Positions 7,768 to 13,519 of a stretch of DNA of 13,519 nucleotides are shown piece by piece. The DNA comes from Candidatus Omnitrophota bacterium. GTDB lineage: Bacteria; Ratteibacteria; UBA8468; MWAK01. Every line of letters starts with the position of its first letter. Position 1 is the first letter of the stretch. Location: contig JAZDPL010000008.1 in NCBI GenBank assembly GCA_043797665.1, positions 1-13,519 of the forward strand, in the 5' to 3' direction. Below the pieces are notes generated by a model that was given only the letters and a program-made list of their open reading frames with translations, did not search any database and was not told the origin of the DNA. Both the position numbers and the translations under genes were made by a program.

Positions 7768-8034
7768 ATGAAAATAGAGATTCTCGGGATGGGTTGTCCC
7801 AAATGCAAAGCACTGGCTGCCAATGTGGAAGAGGCAGTCAAAGAATTGGGTGTAGAAGCAGAAATCGTGAAGGTGACCGAAATCAGCCAGATTATGAATT
7901 ATGGGGTGATGATGACGCCGGCCCTGGTGGTTGACGGCGAGGTCAAAAGCGCCGGGAAAGTTCTGATTAAAGAAGAGGTCAAAAAGATATTGCAAAAAAC
8001 GGAGGTGACCAATGGCGGAGAAGGGAAAGGGTAA
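7768..8034 (+). CDS. Small redox-active disulfide protein (MTH895-type thioredoxin family)
   Basis: MKIEILGMGCPKC..YGVMMTPALVVDGEVKSAGKV; this family commonly follows arsP. Confidence 0.92.
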   Translation: MKIEILGMGCPKCKALAANVEEAVKELGVEAEIVKVTEISQIMNYGVMMTPALVVDGEVKSAGKVLIKEEVKKILQKTEVTNGGEGKG

Positions 8035-8476
8035 ATCGTCCAATCGGTTGGGTAGAAGACTTATATTTTTAATCGCCGGGATGGTCCTTGCGGTTATCGT
8101 GGCAACCATAACGGTGTCGGATTCAGACCGGAAATCAGAAAGTGCGGCACAGCCAAAATTACCCCGGCTGGTTGACCTGGGTGCCGGTAAATGCATACCC
8201 TGCAAAATGATGGCGCCAATTCTGGCGGAATTGAAAAATGAATATGCCGGCGCATTAGATGTGGAAGTCATTGATATCTATGAAGATCAGTCAGCCGCCC
8301 GAAAATATAAAATCAGGCTGATTCCGACCCAGATTTTCCTGGATAGAGAAGGCAAAGAAATTTACCGGCATGAGGGTTTTATGTCCAAGGAAGATATTCT
8401 GGAACAGTGGAAGAAATCAGGATTTGACCTGGTAAAAAATAAAAAATCGGAACAAAAAAACAGGGTTGAAAAATGA
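8012..8476 (+). CDS. Membrane-anchored thioredoxin
   Basis: Basic N-terminus plus one hydrophobic helix, then LVDLGAGKCIPCKMM (CxxC) and IPTQIFLD (cis-Pro loop); GGAGGTG RBS. Confidence 0.9.
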   Translation: MAEKGKGKSSNRLGRRLIFLIAGMVLAVIVATITVSDSDRKSESAAQPKLPRLVDLGAGKCIPCKMMAPILAELKNEYAGALDVEVIDIYEDQSAARKYKIRLIPTQIFLDREGKEIYRHEGFMSKEDILEQWKKSGFDLVKNKKSEQKNRVEK

Positions 8477-9174
8477 TACAAAATCTTTTTCTTGCTTTGA
8501 CACACGCGGTTGAAGGTACACCCGTCCTGGCGCTTTCCGCCTCTTTTGTCTGGGGTATCCTGAGCATTATCTTAAGCCCCTGCCATTTAGCCAGTATTCC
8601 TCTGATTGTGGGATTCATCGGCGAACAGGGGACTATTTCCACCGGAAGGGCATTCCGGTTAGCAACACTCTTTTCCATTGGGATTCTTATAACCATTGCT
8701 CTCATCGGAATTATCACTGCTCTTCTGGGAAGAATGGCCGGCGATATAGGACCCTGGGGTAATTACCTGGTAGCGGGTGTTTTCTTCCTTGTGGGGCTAC
8801 ACCTTCTGGAAATTATTACCCTGCCAATGATGCAAGGGGCAAATCAGCCTACCCTGAAAAGGAAAGGGTTACTGGCTTCTTTTATCCTGGGGCTGGTTTT
8901 TGGGATTGCTCTCGGACCCTGCACTTTTGCCTACATGGCTCCGATGCTGGCGGTAACTTTCCGGATCGCGGCAGACCGGTTTTTATACGGGGTAGTTCTG
9001 CTTTTAGCATACGGAATCGGCCATTGTTCCGTCATCATTTTTGCCGGTACGTTTACCGAAGCGGTGGAACATTACCTGCACTGGAACGAAAAGTCAAAAG
9101 GGATTTCCGTGTTGAAAAAAGTCTGCGGGATTCTGGTCATTCTGGGCGGCGCGTATATGCTCTGGATTGCTTAA
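8473..9174 (+). CDS. ccdA: CcdA/DsbD-type transmembrane electron transporter
   Basis: Two PC motifs (LSPCHL, LGPCTF), about six TM helices, LLAYGIG; ATGA overlap with the anchored thioredoxin. Confidence 0.88.
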   Translation: MIQNLFLALTHAVEGTPVLALSASFVWGILSIILSPCHLASIPLIVGFIGEQGTISTGRAFRLATLFSIGILITIALIGIITALLGRMAGDIGPWGNYLVAGVFFLVGLHLLEIITLPMMQGANQPTLKRKGLLASFILGLVFGIALGPCTFAYMAPMLAVTFRIAADRFLYGVVLLLAYGIGHCSVIIFAGTFTEAVEHYLHWNEKSKGISVLKKVCGILVILGGAYMLWIA

Positions 9175-9214
9175 AACACGGATAAAAGGGGGCTTTCCAT
9201 TAAAGTAAGAATAT

Positions 9215-9379
9215 ATGGATACGAAAAAGATTATCAGTCTTGACGAAAACGATTTGCTCAGAGTTGAGCAGATCATCCTTGATCGCGACAAAGAAGAAGC
9301 GTTTGCTTTTGTTAAAGAAGTGATTAAAAGACAGATTGACAGGGGAAATGCCTCGAAGATGCGAAGAGAAAATATCTGA
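9215..9379 (+). CDS. Small hypothetical protein, 54 aa (absent from the ORF track)
   Basis: ATG 9215 to TGA 9379: MDTKKIISLDENDLLRVEQIILDRDKEEAFAFVKEVIKRQIDRGNASKMRRENI. Fills the ccdA-arsM gap on the operon strand, amphipathic helical pattern; RBS weak. Confidence 0.7.
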   Translation: MDTKKIISLDENDLLRVEQIILDRDKEEAFAFVKEVIKRQIDRGNASKMRRENI

Positions 9380-9399
9380 TATTGAAGCAAGGGTTAGAA

Positions 9400-10257
9400 A
9401 TGGGAAGAAAAGCAGAAGAAATTAAGAAACTCGTAAGAGACGGTTACGCCAAAGTCGTAACACAAGGGACATCCTGTTGTTCCTCGAGTTCTTGCTGTAC
9501 AAGCGCAAACTTAGCCCAAGATATCAGTAAATCTGTTGGCTATAGCGATGAAGAAATGAGCGTGGTTCCTGAAGGTGCTAACTTAGGACTTGGCTGCGGC
9601 AATCCGGTGGCGATTGCATCCCTTAAAGAAGGTGAAGTCGTGTTGGACCTCGGCAGCGGCGGCGGGTTTGACGTATTTCTGGCTGCCCAAAAAGTCGGTC
9701 CCGCGGGTCGGGTCGTCGGGGTGGACATGACCCCGGAAATGGTCGGCAAGGCACGCCGCAATATACCGGCCTTCCGTAAACGAACGGGACTGGACAACGT
9801 GGAGTTCCGTCTCGGTGAAATAGAACATCTGCCCGTAGCCGACGCGAGCGTGGACATCGTCATTTCCAACTGCGTAATCAATCTTTCGCCGGACAAACCG
9901 CAGGTGTGGCGAGAAATCGTCCGGGTGCTGAAGCCCGGCGGGCGCGTGGCGGTTTCCGATCTGGCGCTTTTACGGCCTTTGCCGGAAGCAATCCGTGAAT
10001 CCGTTGCCGCGCTGGTCGGCTGCATTGCCGGTGCGGTTTTCGTGGACGACACGCGGAAAATGGCAACCGCCGCGGGGCTGGTAAACCTGGTTCTGACACC
10101 GAAGCCTGATTACGTGGAGAATATGGCCGACTGGAACGACCCGTCCTACCGGACAATCCGTAAGCATTTTCCCAAGGGACGGACAATGAGCGACTACATC
10201 GTAAGTTTGTACCTCGCGGCGCGAAGGCCGGGGGCCGGTGGAAAGGAGCTTAAATGA
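9400..10257 (+). CDS. arsM: Arsenite S-adenosylmethionine methyltransferase
   Basis: SCC..SCC N-terminus, LGLGCGNP, VLDLGSGGGFD (SAM motif), ISNCVINLSPDK, VLKPGGR, GCIAGA. Start set at ATG 9400 rather than TTG 9382. Confidence 0.95.
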   Translation: MGRKAEEIKKLVRDGYAKVVTQGTSCCSSSSCCTSANLAQDISKSVGYSDEEMSVVPEGANLGLGCGNPVAIASLKEGEVVLDLGSGGGFDVFLAAQKVGPAGRVVGVDMTPEMVGKARRNIPAFRKRTGLDNVEFRLGEIEHLPVADASVDIVISNCVINLSPDKPQVWREIVRVLKPGGRVAVSDLALLRPLPEAIRESVAALVGCIAGAVFVDDTRKMATAAGLVNLVLTPKPDYVENMADWNDPSYRTIRKHFPKGRTMSDYIVSLYLAARRPGAGGKELK

Positions 10258-10451
10258 ACGCATTGGTTGTAGTGGACGGCTATGCGGAAATCGGAGCAGG
10301 CAGCGACGGCGTTGTACTCGCCACCGGCCGTGAATGTCTGAAGGGATGCTGTGCGGGATGTGCGGTGCCCTGCGCCGTATTCAAAGCCATGCAGGTTGCG
10401 GCGGGCGTTGCACTGCCGAAGGACGTCACCATTCGGATTACCAAGGAGTGA
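10254..10451 (+). CDS. Small Cys-rich hypothetical protein, 65 aa
   Basis: AAGGAG RBS and ATGA overlap with the arsM stop; motif CLKGCCAGCAVPC. Confidence 0.7.
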   Translation: MNALVVVDGYAEIGAGSDGVVLATGRECLKGCCAGCAVPCAVFKAMQVAAGVALPKDVTIRITKE

Positions 10452-10571
10452 CGCGCGGCCATTGCCGTCGGGCGCATGGTTGAAAAGGGTTCGGTGTCCG
10501 CCATGCGAGATTTTGCAGAGAATATTTTGGATTCGTCGAGGCAGAATGCCTCGGCTAAGGAGGAATGACCG

Positions 10572-11375
10572 ATGAACTCACCGAATGAAGAACAGAAACA
10601 GAAGGACAACATGGAATCGCTGAAGCAACAGGCCTCGGTCTGTAGGCCTGAATGCGGCTGCCACGCCACCGGGGCGTCGGGTCGAATACGTTGGGTGCTG
10701 GGAGCAATCGTGCTGGTCGCCGCCGCGGCGATGGTGGCGCGGGCCCTGATAAAGAGTAACAGGGCATCAACCCAGCCGTCGGCGCCCGCTTTTGAGGCAC
10801 CCGCCGGGGTACAGATGCCTGCACCCGAAAGTGATTCAGCCGCACCTTCCGTGAAAATCGGGAGGACTTCAGAGGTAATGCCGGGGAAGAAAACCGGTTC
10901 CGCCACACCCTCCGTCCAAGTTCAGAAGCCCTCGGACTCGAAGGATAGGAAGGGGAATGCTTCCGCTGCACCACCAGTCACAAACACCAAGGAATCGGAA
11001 GCGGTTGTAGGGAAAAAAATCGGGGCGATTTCGGAGTTGAACACAGTAGCCGTCGATGTCGACGCCGTTTTCGTATTTTTGCCCGGCAAGAATACTGCCG
11101 GTAGCAGTCTTCCTACGGTCCAGATCAACGGCGCCATGCGGACGATTGAAGCGCAAGGACAGAAGATCGGTCTTTTCACGCTGAAGACGGACTCGCGCGA
11201 CTACGAGAACATTGCGGCACAAGTGTCTGTGCCCGCTGTTCTGGCGATGGTCAAAGGGCGCGGGATGAGCGCGGTTTCCGGCGATATTACGGAAACGAAA
11301 CTTGTACAGGGGTTCGTTGCGGCTTCGAGGGCCGGTGGCTGTGGGTCGGGTTGCGGACCATCCGGTTGCAATTAA
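10572..11375 (+). CDS. Single-pass membrane protein with Cys motifs at both termini and a possible thioredoxin-like domain
   Basis: AAGGAGG RBS (alternative start 10611). CRPECGC, RIRW plus hydrophobic helix, Pro/Ala/Ser/Lys linker, alpha/beta domain (DAVFVFLP..SVPAVLAMVKG), tail GGCGSGCGPSGCN. Confidence 0.8.
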   Translation: MNSPNEEQKQKDNMESLKQQASVCRPECGCHATGASGRIRWVLGAIVLVAAAAMVARALIKSNRASTQPSAPAFEAPAGVQMPAPESDSAAPSVKIGRTSEVMPGKKTGSATPSVQVQKPSDSKDRKGNASAAPPVTNTKESEAVVGKKIGAISELNTVAVDVDAVFVFLPGKNTAGSSLPTVQINGAMRTIEAQGQKIGLFTLKTDSRDYENIAAQVSVPAVLAMVKGRGMSAVSGDITETKLVQGFVAASRAGGCGSGCGPSGCN

Positions 11376-11387
11376 GGAGAAAACGAC

Positions 11388-12089
11388 GTGCTTAAGTCCA
11401 TAACAACCATACTTCAATCCGCCGGCACGGGAGCGGCGGCCTTGCCGTTGGCGTTCCTGTTGGGACTGGTGAGTGCGGTGGCGAGCGCTTGTTGCACCTT
11501 ACCGGCCATGGGCATGCTGGTGGCCTACTCGGGCACGCGACAGGACGTAACCCGGCGTTCAACACTTGCGTCAACGGTCTGGTTCCTGGTCGGAACCACA
11601 CTGTCGCTGATTATTCTCGGGTTTGTGGCCGGGTTTGTCGGCCAGACGGCGCAGGTGTTTCTTGGACGATATTGGAAGCTGTTCGCGGGGGCTGTAGCGG
11701 TACTCCTGGGGCTGGCAACGTTGAAACTGCTTCCCTTCAGGCTGCCGAACCGCACTCGGAAGGACGGCGAGCCTTCGGCTTCCGGAGGAAAGATAGGCGC
11801 CGCGCTGGGGGGACTGTTTCTTGGCGGCGGTGTAGCGGCCTGTTCCCTGCCGTGCAACCCGGGCATCTTTATCGTACTTGGCGCGGCGGTACTGCAAGGA
11901 CATATCCTGTGGGCTATGGCTTTGATGACTGCTTTTGCGATCGGTTTCAGCCTGCCGCTCAGCGCCATCCTGTTCGGTGTGTCTTTCGGCAAAGCGTCCA
12001 TCAAGGCACAGAAAGCGGACGCCGCGATCCGAACCATTGCCGGCATACTGCTTGTCGGAATAGGATTTTATTTCTTTGCGACGTTCTAA
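11388..12089 (+). CDS. Second CcdA-like membrane protein with atypical Cys motifs
   Basis: GTG start with AAGGAG RBS; about six TM helices. AFLLGLVSAVASACCTLP and ACSLPCNP sit at the CcdA Cys positions; AFAIGFSLP and AGILLVGIGFY are CcdA-like. Confidence 0.75.
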   Translation: MLKSITTILQSAGTGAAALPLAFLLGLVSAVASACCTLPAMGMLVAYSGTRQDVTRRSTLASTVWFLVGTTLSLIILGFVAGFVGQTAQVFLGRYWKLFAGAVAVLLGLATLKLLPFRLPNRTRKDGEPSASGGKIGAALGGLFLGGGVAACSLPCNPGIFIVLGAAVLQGHILWAMALMTAFAIGFSLPLSAILFGVSFGKASIKAQKADAAIRTIAGILLVGIGFYFFATF

Positions 12090-12155
12090 GCGAAAGGAAG
12101 AAATGACCGGTGGAATTATTAATTATTTAAGACAAAAGATTTGGGGGAGGTGGGA

Positions 12156-13331
12156 ATGGAACGTACGGCGAAAAAAGAAAGAGGGCTGTCCATATTTGAC
12201 AGGTATTTGACGGTTTTCGTATTTCTGTGTATCGGAATCGGCATCGTTTTGGGGAAGGCCGCGCCGGGTGCGGCAAAGTTCCTGGACGGTCTGGCAATCT
12301 ATGTGGGTGGAGCGCCGGTTGTTTCAATTCCGATTGCCGTCTGCTTGTTTTTTATGATGTATCCCATCATGGTAAAGATTGACTTTGCGGAAGTTTTGAA
12401 GGCTGGTAAAAGCATAAAACCGGTCGGACTGACTTTATTTGTCAACTGGGCAATTAAGCCGTTTACGATGTATGCCATCGCGCTCTTCTTTCTGGGATTT
12501 CTGTTCCGGAACCTGATTGGCGCCGAAGCCTTAGACTATGTAAAGATACCTTTCGGGCTGAATCTGCCGGTCGGAGCCACCCACGGCGCGGGTACCGTAG
12601 TACTGTACAACGGAGTAAAGATGTTAGCGGTGCCTTTGTGGCGGAGTTACCTGGCCGGCTGTATCCTTCTTGGTGTTGCGCCCTGCACCGCCATGGTACT
12701 GGTCTGGGGATACTTAGCGAAGGGAAACGACGGACACACCCTGGTGATGGTGGCAATCAATTCCCTGTCTATGCTTCTTTTGTATGGTCTGTTAGGAGGT
12801 TTTCTTCTCGGCGTGGGTCGGCTCCCGGTACCCTGGCAGGCTTTGGTTCTTTCCATCGGAATTTACGTGGCTTTGCCTCTGGTAGCGGGTTATTTCACCC
12901 GAAAAAGGCTGATAAAAGCAAAAGGTGAAGCCTGGTTTACGGAAAAGTTTCTCCACCGACTCACACCCGTTACGATTATTGCACTTTTAATAACCCTGAT
13001 TCTCTTGTTCTCTTTCAAAGGCGAGATAATTCTCTCAAACCCCTTGACGATTCTGTGGATTGCCATCCCCTTATTTATTCAGACCAACCTTATTTTCTGG
13101 TTGGGGTATTTCCTGGCTAAGGCGTTGAAACTGACCTACGCGGATGCCGCCCCTTCTGCCATGATTGGCGCCTCCAACCATTTTGAAGTGGCAATCGCCA
13201 CCGCCACGATGCTCTTCGGGCTTTCTTCCGGTGCGGCTTTAGCCACCGTGGTCGGAGTCCTGATTGAAGTTCCGGTGATGCTGATGCTGGTAAAAATCTG
13301 CCTGCGTACCCGGCACTGGTTCCCCGGATAG
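12156..13331 (+). CDS. acr3: Acr3 family arsenite efflux transporter
   Basis: [53 protein letters not shown] and [12 protein letters not shown] motifs; GGAGGTG RBS before ATG 12156. Confidence 0.96.
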   Translation: MERTAKKERGLSIFDRYLTVFVFLCIGIGIVLGKAAPGAAKFLDGLAIYVGGAPVVSIPIAVCLFFMMYPIMVKIDFAEVLKAGKSIKPVGLTLFVNWAIKPFTMYAIALFFLGFLFRNLIGAEALDYVKIPFGLNLPVGATHGAGTVVLYNGVKMLAVPLWRSYLAGCILLGVAPCTAMVLVWGYLAKGNDGHTLVMVAINSLSMLLLYGLLGGFLLGVGRLPVPWQALVLSIGIYVALPLVAGYFTRKRLIKAKGEAWFTEKFLHRLTPVTIIALLITLILLFSFKGEIILSNPLTILWIAIPLFIQTNLIFWLGYFLAKALKLTYADAAPSAMIGASNHFEVAIATATMLFGLSSGAALATVVGVLIEVPVMLMLVKICLRTRHWFPG

Positions 13332-13363
13332 GGTATAATATCCATTGAAGGGAGAATTGACTG

Positions 13364-13519
13364 ATGGCTGATAAGACCCAGTGGATGGAAAATTGTTATG
13401 CCCGGATTCTGGTGGATAACCACATCACCGAAGATGACCCGTCGTTTATGACCAAGTTTGATCCGGCTAAGTACGTGGCGATGATGAAGAATGCCGGGGT
13501 GGAAGCGGCGATGGTCTAC
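13364..13519 (+). CDS. 5' end of a probable glycoside hydrolase (GHL6/alpha-L-fucosidase-like TIM barrel), partial
   Basis: GGAG RBS; MADKTQWMENCYARILVDNHITEDDPSFMTKFDPAKYVAMMKNAGVEAAMVY, open to the window end. FDPxxY..K.AG is typical of GH29/GHL6 N-termini. Confidence 0.65.
   Translation, partial: MADKTQWMENCYARILVDNHITEDDPSFMTKFDPAKYVAMMKNAGVEAAMVY

Noticed and set aside
8012..9174. Cytochrome c maturation system II locus
   Set aside because: No ResB/ResC (CcsA/CcsB) or CxxCH proteins nearby; the ars context fits better.
10449..10568. Selenocysteine read-through of the TGA ending the 65-aa Cys-rich ORF
   Set aside because: The TGA is not in a redox-motif position, there is no convincing SECIS, and the extension looks non-coding.
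9540..12106. Long overlapping ORFs (9540-10052, 10280-10906, 10869-11417, 11489-12106, 11525-12046)
   Set aside because: Expected stop-poor shadow frames in the GC-rich segment; the + strand genes have RBSs and motifs.
13334..13339. TATAAT just after the acr3 stop as promoter for the glycoside hydrolase
   Set aside because: No recognisable -35 or TGn extension; possible but unsupported.
1..13519. CRISPR array, tRNA/rRNA, riboswitch, integrase or transposase
   Set aside because: No regularly spaced direct repeats, RNA-gene signatures or recombinase motifs seen by eye; a covariance-model search was not possible.

Overview
Bacterial genomic window with a core/carbohydrate-type left part and an accessory right part. 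Left: thiL, a convergent membrane-anchored PIG-L/LmbE deacetylase, an FG-GAP beta-propeller plus Gfo/Idh/MocA oxidoreductase pair, and a TM_helix (MscS-related) membrane protein. Middle: an AT-rich Phd/YefM-RelE toxin-antitoxin operon with a twin-TGTACA operator, then a 264-bp MITE-like element (perfect 21-bp terminal inverted repeats, imperfect 8-bp direct repeat). Right: an 11-gene, 6.8-kb arsenic operon (DUF134, arsP, small thioredoxin, anchored thioredoxin, ccdA, a 54-aa ORF missing from the ORF track, arsM, a 65-aa Cys-rich ORF, a Cys-tailed membrane-anchored protein, a second CcdA-like protein with a MerT-like CC motif, acr3), followed by the 5' end of a probable glycoside hydrolase. The most interesting signal is that this operon has no ArsR and no ArsC. 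It is led instead by a five-Cys DUF134 HTH protein with a perfect palindrome just upstream, suggesting a non-ArsR arsenic sensor controlling an uncharacterised trans-membrane thiol relay. All family calls are from motif recognition by eye; no searches were run.
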